Assembly: GCA_964016885.1 (NCBI GenBank)
Contig: OZ024743.1
Coordinates: 287,370,001-287,434,000 of the forward strand
Length of the DNA stretch: 64,000 bases
Direction: 5' to 3'
Source: Eledone cirrhosa
Lineage: Eukaryota
Shown here: piece after piece, positions 12,540 to 23,330 of the stretch
Layout of the letters: each line of letters begins with the position of its first letter
Numbering within the stretch: position 1 is the first letter of the stretch
The notes under the pieces: generated by a model
Database searches by the model: none
What the model was told of the DNA's origin: nothing
What the model saw: the letters and a program-made list of their open reading frames with translations, nothing else
Made by a program: the position numbers and the translations under genes

Positions 12540-12860
12540 GCCCTTGCATGCCTTTGTCATCTCTGTTGTGTGGTTTAGTTTCTTAAGGGTGTCCCAAGAC
12601 TTCCTGAGAAATCCCAGCTACTGGGATTTCTCTGCATTTTATTAATCAACTACCATCTCTTATATGCATCACATGTCCATACCAATGCAGTCTTTTCTCT
12701 TGCACACTACATCCAATTCCAAGTTTTTATGTCAGTTTGTTTATGGTACTTTGGTCATCCATTGAAGCATACTTCGTTCTTGCATTTGCAGGTCTTCTGC
12801 AGTCAAAGCCCATGTTTCACTGCTATACAGCATTGTAGTTTGCATGCAGACATCATACAT
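12540..12860 (-). mobile_element. Highly degraded RTE C-terminal fragment
   Basis: catcacatgtccataccaatgcagtc (minus LHWYGHVM) and ccatgtttcactgctatacagcat match the RTE copies. Confidence 0.7.
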
Positions 12861-13349
12861 ATTATTAATATTTTTATAAGTCACACATATATGCTTATAA
12901 GAAATAAGAAAAGAATAAGGGTGAGTGGAAAGGTCCTGGAGACTTTGAAATGACTATAGCTATAACTTTGAAAATTAACAAAAGAAAATACACTTGTTAC
13001 ACTGAGAGAGAAAAGCCCTTTATTGTCATAAGAGGTACAGTTCACTTAACTTTATAAACCTTGAAAAACTTGGATAAATAAAATATGAAACTTGAGTTAC
13101 ATCTGATCCTTAAAAGAGAAGCTATCAGAATACAATGTAAACTGTAGGATAGTTGAGAGATGCAGGCCTTATATAAATGTAAGCAAGAGACGTAGCTTTT
13201 GCACTGTTGAGAAGAGTCTGATCCTAAAAGATTCACTGGATTCAGGGGTATATTTAAATACTAAAACCAAAATTTCATCAAATGCATGCTCACCAAGTTT
13301 CTTTTATGTAACTGGTTAGTGTTACTCTGGTGGAGCTGTGTTTGGTTGT

Positions 13350-14013
13350 GCTTCACTAGGTTTACAGGCTATCAAATAGGAGTTAAAATCCTATCAAATC
13401 TTAGCAATGCAGACGATCTGGCCATCATGAATTACTCTAGAACTGATCTGCAAGACTTTCTGAATGTACTGGCCAAACATTCACTAGAGACTAGCTTACA
13501 CATCAATATCTCTGAAACAAAGTGTATGACAACTGATAAAAACAATGCCAATCTCCAACCAGCAAATAGCTCAAGTTACGGAGTTGTATATTTCGGTCAC
13601 AAACTATCATCAAACAGCAATGAAATGGTTGCTGCGCAGTATTGCATTGCTCTAGGTTGGGCAGCTTTCAACAGGAACAAGGAAGTACTAACATCAAAAT
13701 GAGTTTCTTATCAATTGAAGGTTAAGATCTTTGATACTTATATCCTACCAGTTGTGTTATATGGACTTGACTGTGTTAATTGGATTACAAGGTCACTTCA
13801 GAAGCTCTCTACATTTCAGAACCACATCATGAGACTTATGACTGGCAAGGGGGCTCAGCGACCGTATCTGTATCAGTGAGCTGCTCAACATTACCAAACT
13901 TAGACCAATTACATCAATTGTTAAGTCAAGAGTACTCAAACTATATGATTGTATAAAAAGATAAACTTGTGGTGTGAGTAGGTTATGCCTGGAAGGAAGG
14001 TTGCAAAGGCCGG
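13350..14013 (+). mobile_element. Degraded LINE RT C-terminal fragment of a different RTE-like family
   Basis: LSNADDLAIM, LHINISETKCM, VYFGHKL, IALGWAAF and YILPVVLYG motifs; no PHD insert. Confidence 0.7.
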
Positions 14014-14280
14014 CACAGTCTCCTCTCTCTCTCCACAGATCCTACACAGTGGGCTAGCCTCCTCCTTGTAAATATGGTGTTTCACCCACTTCGTTCTGAG
14101 GGCCTGCTCTTGCGCAGCCATTAGCATTCCTTCTGTAGCCTTTTTAAGGTCTCCCCTTTTTAACCAGTTCCATGTCTGTGGATGTCTAAATTCAGTTTTC
14201 TTAAAGAAGTACTATGAAGGGATTTTTCATGAAGGTTGCTCTTTCTCCTTGGACATCCCCTGGTTTATTGTCTTCTCCTT
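14014..14280 (-). mobile_element. R4/Dong-like RLE LINE fragment
   Basis: WNWLKRGDLKKATEGMLMAAQEQALRTK...CRICGEREETV, the start of the CCHC knuckle region of R4-clade elements. Confidence 0.75.
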
Positions 14281-14786
14281 CATTACAATTTTGAGCATTG
14301 GCTCCCTAATGTCATTATTATTATTATTATCATTATTATAATTACTTTTATAATATGCACATATATGCATATAAGAAGAAAGAAAAGAATAATGGTGGAT
14401 GACAAGGTCTTGGAGGCTTTGAGAAAGCTCTAGGTATAATTATGAATTACTGAGGTAGAAAGCATGCTTCACATTGGTTCTTCAAATTAATAAAAGAAAA
14501 GATATCATTACTGCCACTAAGGTGTCTTTCCTGTCACTGTTTCCTCTATATTAACATTGGCAGCAGTTTCAAGTAGGTGCCAGCAGAGAAAATCTTTAGT
14601 TTTATTGTGATTGCTCCTCTCTCTTCCATCTCTCTCCCCTTTCTCGCTCTCTAACGACCACCATCATTTTCCACTGTATACTTTAATCTACACAACCATC
14701 AGCCATCAACATACACAAACATCACACATACCTCTGTCTCTCTCTCTCTATATATATATATATATACACACACACCCACACATATA

Positions 14787-15096
14787 TGTAAAGTGGTCAT
14801 GTAGGTGTCACCACAAAAAAAGCACCCAGCCCACACTGTAAAGTGGTTGTGTAGGTGGTATAACAAAAATCATCCAGTCTACACTGTAAAGTGGTTATGT
14901 AGGAGTCCTGACAAAAAGCACCCAGCACACATTGTAAATGTGGTTGGCCTTGGGAAGGGCATCCAGTCGTAGAAACCAAGCCAGAAACAGATCTGTGTGA
15001 GCAAGACACGGTCACCTGACCCAACTTTCCTTAAATGAGACAACCCATCTAACTCATGCTAGCATGGAAAAATAGACGTTAAAGGATGATGATGAT
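14787..15096 (+). mobile_element. RTE 3' UTR fragment with (GAT)n tail
   Basis: Homologous to about 11520-11793, with roughly 50-bp cactgtaaagtgg subrepeats. Confidence 0.8.
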
Positions 15097-15171
15097 ATAT
15101 ATATGAGTCCCGGGTTCAATTGGGGGTAATCACAGTTAGTAAGGTACTCAATACATTAGTAGAGTGTAAAC

Positions 15172-15299
15172 ATCAAATTTAATAAAGAAATGGTTTCTAC
15201 ATAACTAGAACTGCTTCATTTAAAAGAAATCATCAGGATGATTTCTTTTAAATGAAACAGTTCTAGTCCTGTAGAAGCCATTTCTATATTAAACTTGAT
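15172..15299. repeat. 63-bp-arm palindrome made of two head-to-head HHR 3' halves
   Basis: Arms 15172-15234 and 15237-15299 with 6 mismatches. Arms read (CT)GATGA-tttcttttaaat-GAA(A/G)-cagttctag-T(C/T). Confidence 0.85.
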
Positions 15300-15323
15300 A
15301 TATATATATAAATTATACATACT

Positions 15324-16446
15324 TCATCATCATCATCATCATCATCATCATCGTTTAACGTCCATGTTCCACGCTTGCATGGGTTTGGACGGGAGTTTTC
15401 CCACTTGAGGCAAGAGTGGTTGTCTTGCTTGCATAGGACTGTCTGGCGGGTTTTCTACAGTTGGATGCCCTTCCTAACACCAACCACATTTACAGTGTGG
15501 GGCTGGGAGGTTTTTACCGTGTTGCCTACACGGCCACATTACAGCGTGGACTGTCTGGCGGGTTTTCTACAGCTGGATGCCCTTCCTAACACCAACCACA
15601 TTTACAGTGTGGGACTGGGAGGTTTTTACCGTGTTGCCTACACGGCCACATTACAGCGTGGACTGTGTTTTTTTTTTGTCGTGACACCTACATGATCTCA
15701 TTTGTTTCGGCCTGGATTTTGTGGCACCAACATAACTTTACATTGAAAGGGGCGGTGTGGATGGGGTGGAACGGGGGTGTATTTTGTTAGAGATGCCTAC
15801 TGATTGTAGTAGGTTTTACTTTGTATTTAGGTAAGGCGGATCTTCTCTATTACTGAGTACCGCCAAAGGTCTCGGTCCAGTGACATTGTCTTGGAGAGGT
15901 GTAAGTGTGTGAGGTCGGAATTTATCAGCTCGTCCCAGGTTTTTCTGGGTCTGCCTACTCCGTGGCTACCGTCTATCTTTATTGCCCTGCACTTTGCTAT
16001 ACAGCTGTCGTCTTTCATGCGCATCACGTGACCATACCAACATAGCCTTCTCTCGAGTAAACAACATCTGATCCCTCTTATTTCTAATTTTTTCCTTAGT
16101 TCGTTTATGCTTTGCCGTTCACGTATATTACTATTACACATCCAGCGGAGCATGCAAGCTTCGTTCCTCTCTAGTCTGCGTATATCCTCTGCACACAATG
16201 CCCAGGTCTCACTGCCATGCAACATTGCTGTTCGTATGCAGGCATCATACAACCTGCCTTTCATTTTTAGGGAGAACCCTTTAGCGGCTAATAGTGGTAT
16301 AAGCTCTCTGAACTTTTTCCATCCAGTTCTGACTCTAGCTACTGTACTTTCAGAGCACCCTCCCCCACTGCTGATTTTGTCAACCAGGTAACGGAAGCTG
16401 TCCACTATTTCTATAGAACCCTCTGCGCAGTTGAAAGAGCTAGTAT
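15324..16446 (-). mobile_element. 5'-truncated RTE LINE (subfamily A), C-terminus and 3' UTR
   Basis: ORF 15827-16405; near-identical to 4611-5710 including the 112-bp UTR duplication; (TCA)n tail. Confidence 0.93.
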
Positions 16447-16500
16447 ATTTATGTATATATATATATCATACATACATACATACAAACATATATATATACA

Positions 16501-16540
<40 letters not shown>

Positions 16541-18275
16541 CATGAAGGTCACAGAAAGAGTTATAGTGCAACTAATCAGAGAGCGAATTGATCTAGATGA
16601 AATGCAGTTTGGGTTTGTGGTCAGGTAAAAGTACCACAGATGCTCTTTTCCTTGTACGACAACTACAAGAGAAGTACCTAGCTAAAAGTAAACACCTCTA
16701 CTTAGTTTTTGTTGACTTGGAGAAAGCCTTTGATAGAGTCCCCCGCTCCATTATCTGGTGGGCTCTTAGAAAACTAGGTGTTGATGAATGGCTTGTGAGA
16801 GCTATACAAGCCATGTATAAAGAAACAGTCAGCAAGGTTAGAATTAACAACGAATATAGTGAAGAATTCAGCGTAAAAGTCGGTGTTCATCAGGGCTCTG
16901 TCCTTAGCCTCCTCCTATTTATTATTGCCCTTCAGGCTATAACAGAGGAGTTCAAGACCGGTTGCCCATGGGAACTTCTATACGCAGATGATCTAACGCT
17001 CATAGCTGAATCAATGGCTGAACTAGAGAAGAAATTCCAAACTTGGAAGCATGGCCTAGAATCAAAAGGGCTTAAAATTAACTTGTCTAAGACTAAAGTT
17101 CTAGTATGTAGGAAGGAAAATAGGGCACTGGTCCCTTCTGGGAAATGGTCATGCTCAGTGTGTAGGAAAGGAGTAGGCAGAAACTCCATTTTATGTCCTA
17201 AATGCAAAGTATGGGTGCATAAAAGATGTAGTGGGATTACAGGTAAACTAACTAAGAAGATAGATTTTATATGTGGCCGGTGCCCGCAGAATACTAGCTC
17301 ATTCCATTGCCCAGATGGTTCTATAGAAATAGTGGGCACCTTCCGTTACCTGGGTGACAAAATCAGCAGTGGTGGAGGGTGCTCTGAAATTACAGTAGCT
17401 AGAGTCAGAATGGGATGGAAAAAGTTCAGAGAGCTTAAACCACTATTGGCCGCTAAAGGTTTCTCCCTAAAAATGAAAGGCAGACTGTATGATGCCTGCA
17501 TACGAACAGCAATGCTACATGGCAGTGAGACATGGGCATTGCGTGCAGAGGATCTGCGCAGACTGGAGAGGAACGAAGCTTGCATGCTCCGTTGGATGTA
17601 TAATAGTAATATACGTGAACGGGAAAGCATAAATGAACTAAGTGAGAAATTAGGAATAAGAGGGATCAGATGCTGTTTACTCGAGAGAAGACTACAGTGG
17701 TATGGTCATGTGATGTGCATGAAAGACGACAGCTGTATAAAAAAGTGCAGGGCGATCAAAATAGATGGAAGCTACGGAGTAGGCAGACCCAGAAAAAACT
17801 GGGATGATTTGATAAATTCTGACCTTACACCTCTCCAAGACAATGTCAGTGAACCGAGATCTTTGGCGCTACACAGTAATACAGAAAACCTGCCTTGCCT
17901 AAGTACAAAGCAAAACTTACAGTCAGTAGGCACTTCCTAACCAAAAATACACCCCCATCCCACTACCCCTACCCCACTTTCTCTGTAAAGTTATGTTGGT
18001 GTCACAACATCCAGTCCTAAATATATGAGGTCGTGTAGGTGTCACAACAAAAAAACACAGTCCACAGTGTAATGTGGCCGTGTAGGTAACACGGTAAAAA
18101 CCTCCCAGTCCACACTGTAAAGGTGGTTGGTGTTAGGAAGGGCATCCAGCCGTAGAAAACCTGCCAGACAGTCCTATACGAGCAAGACAACCAATGTTGC
18201 CTCACGTGGAACAATTCCCATCTAAACCCATACTAGCGTGGAAGATAGACGTTAAACGATGATGATGATGATGAT
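16541..18275 (+). mobile_element. 5'-truncated RTE LINE (subfamily A-like)
   Basis: ORF 16597-17940 with RT motifs and the PHD-like finger, frameshift near 16620, (GAT)n tail. Confidence 0.93.
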
Positions 18276-18441
18276 ATATATATATATAGAGGGAAAGAGA
18301 GAGAGAGAGAAGGTGAAATTGGAAATAGCACGGAAAATATATTTAAGAATCTGTTTTTCTTTTTTTTCCTTTCTTTGATTCGTCAAAGTGACATTATTGA
18401 AAAAATGAGAGGCATAATTATTTTTAAAAAAGAGTTTTATA

Positions 18442-18780
18442 ATGTATGCCACTTGCACCGACACTTTCTGCAGCCGCAACCTGGTGCAGTCTGCGACTGA
18501 CCCAGGTTCTGCTGCACGTCGGGCTGAGGGGGCCAAACTCCTCAAATACCGGTCGCTCTCCGACAGGTTTGCGGTCGTTCCCCTGGCAGTGGAAACTTCT
18601 GGTGTCCTCGGCCCCAGGGCTACCTCCTTACTCACCACCATAGGCGCTGAGCTGACCAGCCGCAGGTGTGAGCCCCGCAAGTTGGAGTGGCTTTTCAAGC
18701 GCGTCTCCCTTCCCGTCCTCCGGGGGAAACGCCTTCTCCATTCTGTCTGCCAGGGCTGTGGGTGGGCCCCATCACGTACC
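18442..18780 (+). mobile_element. CRE-clade-like non-LTR retrotransposon fragment (restriction-like endonuclease C-terminus)
   Basis: ATCTDTF...AARRAEGAKLLKYRSL...VPLAVETSGVLG...LFKRVSLPVLRG fits the AE..K..KY / P.A.ET.G..G / R.S....RGN pattern of CRE-type RLE domains. It is a GC-rich island in AT-rich DNA. Confidence 0.7.
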
Positions 18781-18989
18781 AATACATTAGTTAAATACCA
18801 TTCTTTTATCTGATACAACACAATAAAGTTGCTGGTATAGAAATAAAAAAAAATGTATATAAAATATAACCAGTTTCGATGTATTAGTGAAATCCATCTT
18901 ATCAAATGTTGAGTATTATAATTAAAAAGAATTTAAAATTAAATATTTAAAATTAAGTGTTGAGACAAGTTTGTTTATCTTTCTTGTTG

Positions 18990-19312
18990 AGAAGAAGACT
19001 AAGGCCCCACTCAGTCATGAATGACCATGGTTTTGCACCTAGAATGTTTCCCTCCCAGGCACAAGTCCGGGCAAGGTTGTTTGTGGAAGACCAGCAGTCA
19101 CCCATGCATACCAGTTTCCCCTCTCCACGCCACCGATGTTGTCCAAGAGAAAGGCAATGGCTGATACAGCTTGGCACCAGTGATATCGCAACTCATTTCT
19201 GCAACTGAGTAAACTGGAGCAACGTGAAATAAAGTGTCTTGCTCAAGGACACAATGCACCACCTGGTCCGAGAATCGAACTCACAGCCCAATGTTCTAAC
19301 CACTAAGCCATG
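18990..19312 (-). mobile_element. tRNA-derived CORE-type SINE
   Basis: Minus strand: A box TGGCTTAGTGG, B box GAGTTCGATTC, CORE-like TCCTTGAGCAAGACACTTTATTTCAC. Confidence 0.8.
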
Positions 19313-19480
19313 AGAAAAAGACTGGAAAAATGGAATCTTGTGTATATATAGAGAGAGGTAGTCATTAAGTAGTAGTAGTGGTGGTAGTTGTGTTTTTTTC
19401 ACACGGAACAAAATGAATATTAAAACTCTTCTTTGGTATTGAGTACTCCTTTTTCTCAGTCATCAACCACATACGGATAT

Positions 19481-20226
19481 ATCATCATCACCGTTTTACG
19501 TCCATTCTGCCATGCTAGCATGGGTTAGATGGGTTGTTCTGTTGTGGACAATGCCAGGTCGAGTGACCTTGTCTTGCTCATACAGGAACTGATTTGGGCT
19601 TGATTTTTATAGCTGGATGCCCTTCCTAACATCAACCTCATTTACAGTGAGTGCTGGGTGCTTTTTTTACCATGGTGCCTATACGGCTACTTTACAGTGT
19701 GGGCTGGGTGTTTTTTTTGTCATGACACCTCCATGACCACTTTGCAGTGGGAGGGGGGGGGCAGTTGAGTCTTCTGTATTACTGTGTGATGCCAGAGGTC
19801 ACGGTGCTGTGTCATTGCCTTTGAGAGGTGCAATTGGGCAAGGTCAGTTTTATCACCTCATCCCAGGTCTTCTTGGACCTCCCCAGTCCAAGGCTTCCAT
19901 CGACTTTTAGTGCTCTGCACCTTTTTATTGCAGCTGTCATCCTTCATATGCATCACATGTCCATACCAATGCAACCTCCTCTCCTGCACACTGCATTTGA
20001 TTCCTCTTATGCTCAGTCTCTCTTTCAATTCGTTTATGCTTTGCTGTTCGCGTATATTAATATTACACATCCATTGGAGCATGCAAGCTTCGTTTCTTTC
20101 TAATTTATGCAAGTCTTCTACACAGTACTCAGCTCTCACTACCATGTAACATTGCTGTTTGCATGCATGCATCATAGTCTGCCTTTCATTTTGAGGTAAA
20201 AGCCTTTTGCAGCTAGCAGTGGTAGT
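19481..20226 (-). mobile_element. 5'-truncated RTE fragment (subfamily B)
   Basis: LERNEACMLQWMCN...ERRLHWYGHVM; the 3' UTR matches about 11450-11793. Confidence 0.88.
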
Positions 20227-20315
20227 ATATATATATATACATATATATGTATATATATATACATATACATAAAGTTAAATAAAAGTCAAATGATTAAAAT
20301 TTAGCTTCGTTTATT

Positions 20316-20370
20316 ACTGCTATATATATTTCAGTGACAGCCATCTTTGGCTGTGACCTCTTCAGGCAGT
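20316..20370 (-). ncRNA. Type I hammerhead ribozyme (Naiad pLTR copy 1)
   Basis: Reverse complement of 27148-27202. Confidence 0.85.
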
Positions 20371-21015
20371 TTGAATTAGTATGGTATAGACAAGTACATA
20401 TGTTGTTTAGGTGTATGATATTGTCAATACTCTGATATGCCCAGTTCCTTGTTGGGTTGTTAATTCACTGGGGAACTGGAGTCATATGAATTCAAACAAA
20501 CGAATTTTAGTGTCACAGGTCCCCTTCTCCTCTCATTGGTCAGTTATTAGTGTTGTCATACCTGATAAACGAGAATACACCAGTGATCTCATCAAGAGTA
20601 CGGACTCCCTCATCCGTAGGATGAGATGGAAGGCGTTCCACTTCGAAAGAGGAACGCAGAAAACTACAAACACAGAAAACATGGAGTACCTTTTTCGATC
20701 AAGGAGGAATCCCCCCCATAACAGACTAATGGAGGAGTTTGAAAACGAGATGATTAACATCATATCCAACCTCAAATTCTCCGGAAACCCAACCAGAAGT
20801 CAGGAGTACCTCAGACACCTGAGAAACCGGATTACAGTACTTAAAGGGACAACTGGAATACTTGTCCATGCTGACAAAACAAACAACCTCTACAACATGA
20901 ACACTGAACTGTACAATAAGCTAATCCTCAGGGAACTGAGGAAGTGCTACAAAAAAACACCTGGATTTACCCTGGATGAGATCAATGCCACAGCTTACAG
21001 GATTATATCCAGAAT

Positions 21016-22883
21016 CGTGATTTGTCGGTGTCTCCTATATGTGTGGGTTGGGGGCTTCGTGATTTGTTGGAGATTTGTTGGTTTGCTGGTGGTTTCCGCA
21101 CTGTTGCTTCCCTTTTGGGCTCTATACTTTCTGTTATCTTCACGGTCCGGATTTGTGGGGTGGTTGTTGTCTGCCCCGGGAGATCCATCGTGGGGTGGTC
21201 GCCCGTTCCCCCCCCCCACGTGTCCTGCGGTTGGGGTTGTCCGTCCTGGGGTAGTTAGCATCACGCCTGAGACTGCTACTCATATTGTGCTCCATCTCGT
21301 GGTCAAGCGCACTAGTCCCCGCCGCCCGTGTGGTGGTGTCTGGTACATGGTGCTTATTTGATTTTGCTCTGCCTGTATTGTTAGGGTTCGCCCTCCCCCC
21401 TCTGGTAACGCGGTTGTGGGTGTCTGTTGGGCTATCCACCTCCCGGCTTTTCGGACTATATGTTATATTTTGTCCATGTGCCGCCTTCTTTAGAGCTGCG
21501 TTGTAATATTCCGCGTGGTTGTTGAATATTTCCTTACTTGCGGACAGGCTGGAGATCCTGTCCGAGACACTCTTCACCACTGCCTTGGTTATGGATCTAG
21601 GGTGGTTTGATTTGGCGTTAACATATACTAGTTTCTCGTTGGGCTTGTGGTAGGGGTAGTATTGCTCGGTGTTCAGGTTTAGGGTGGTATCTAGGAAGTT
21701 AACTACCTTCCTATTTGGGTCTATTTCTATGCTGAGCCCCTGGTTCTTAAAGAAATGGCGAATACGCCTCCTCATACCCTCCAACATATTGGTGCTGTGG
21801 TCATGTACTGTGAATAGAGCATCGTCACGATATAATCCGCCGCCCAGGCAGGGGATTTCATCTTTTATCTGCTTCAGCAGGTAGAGCCCAACCAGGTCCG
21901 TTACCTGCGCTGAGTCGCTGGAGCCCATCGTGATGTCAAAGTTATTTGGCCAATCACTCCTGGTCCACAGGTCTCCATCGAAGCGGATTAAGGTCTTTCT
22001 TGCGGCGTGGATGATGCTCACCTCCTCTCGGGTTAGGTCCGTATTGGACATCGCTAAAAATAGGGCCTTATTAAGTACTATGGGTGAGATTGAGGAGTAG
22101 TAGCTTGCGATGTCCAGTTGTATAAAGCTGGTCCTACTTTTCTCCTGCAGTATTTTGAACCATTCTATTACTTCTCTCGTGCATGACCATTGCTGTAATT
22201 TGTTTTTTTTCCGAAGCTTGGGCAAAATCCTATCCAGTATTCTTTTACTGACGATCCCTAGGTCAGATCTGGAGGGGGCTATTAGTCTGACAGGGAGGTC
22301 GGACTCAAAGTTTGACTTGTGGTCTTTAAGGGTAATCCGCGGCTCCCTTGGTTGGTATGGGGCCGTCCTGTCCTCTATGCCGATTCTGGATATAATCCTG
22401 TAAGCTGTGGCATTGATCTCATCCAGGGTAAATCCAGGTGTTTTTTTGTAGCACTTCCTCAGTTCCCTGAGGATTAGCTTATTGTACAGTTCAGTGTTCA
22501 TGTTGTAGAGGTTGTTTGTTTTGTCAGCATGGACAAGTATTCCAGTTGTCCCTTTAAGTACTGTAATCCGGTTTCTCAGGTGTCTGAGGTACTCCTGACT
22601 TCTGGTTGGGTTTCCGGAGAATTTGAGGTTGGATATGATGTTAATCATCTCGTTTTCAAACTCCTCCATTAGTCTGTTATGGGGGGGGATTCCTCCTTGA
22701 TCGAAAAAGGTACTCCATGTTTTCTGTGTTTGTAGTTTTCTGCGTTCCTCTTTCGAAGTGGAACGCCTTCCATCTCATCCTACGGATGAGGGAGTCCGTA
22801 CTCTTGATGAGATCACTGGTGTATTCTCGTTTATCAGGTAGGGGGATGTCCTTCAGTGACGCTAAGGTTGCCAGTTTATCCAT
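21016..22883 (-). pseudogene. Naiad PLE RT N-terminal portion (inverted copy, retains the start codon)
   Basis: MDKLATLASLKDIP...RMRWKAFHF, ADKTNNLY, QLDIASYYSSI, TMGSSDSAQVTDLVG, YRDD, VNFLD. Frameshifts at homopolymers; truncated at 21016. Confidence 0.9.
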
Positions 22884-23085
22884 AGTGACTTAGGTCCGCT
22901 ACTGTTTGAAGCGCTCAACCCGTGTGGGAGCTAGATAGATTTTGAGTTTATGTTGGTTGTATACCAACACCTCAGTATGCAGGCTGGAACACTCGACGAA
23001 GTGCGCAGGTTGGTTTGGTTACTCCGGAGTAGTGTAAAATAAAGTTAAATAAAAGTCAAATGATTAAAATTTAGCTTCGTTTATT

Positions 23086-23140
23086 ACTGCTATATATATT
23101 TCAGTGACAGCCATCTTTGGCTGTGACCTCTTCAGGCAGT
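23086..23140 (-). ncRNA. Type I hammerhead ribozyme (Naiad pLTR copy 2, upstream of the inverted ORF start)
   Basis: Reverse complement of 27148-27202. Confidence 0.85.
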
Positions 23141-23330
23141 TTGAATTAGTATGGTATAGACAAGTACATATGTTGTTTAGGTGTATGATATTGTCAATAC
23201 TCTGATATGCCCAGTTCCTTGTTGGGTTGTTAATTCACTGGGGAACTGGAGTCATATGAATTCAAACAAACGAATTTTAGTGTCACAGGTCCCCTTCTCC
23301 TCTCATTGGTCAGTTATTAGTGTTGTCATA

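Noticed and set aside
15324-18275. Twin-priming inversion of a single RTE
   Set aside because: Both pieces have their own 3' UTR and tail, overlap in element coordinates and differ in sequence, so they are two insertions.
18860-18925. Minus-strand HHR-like TTGATAA-GATG...CATC-GAAA
   Set aside because: Two core positions differ and there is no credible stem I; at most a decayed remnant.
20411-21361. 316-aa ORF as a novel protein
   Set aside because: It is a chimera of antisense pLTR, Naiad N-terminus and antisense ORF read across inversion junctions.
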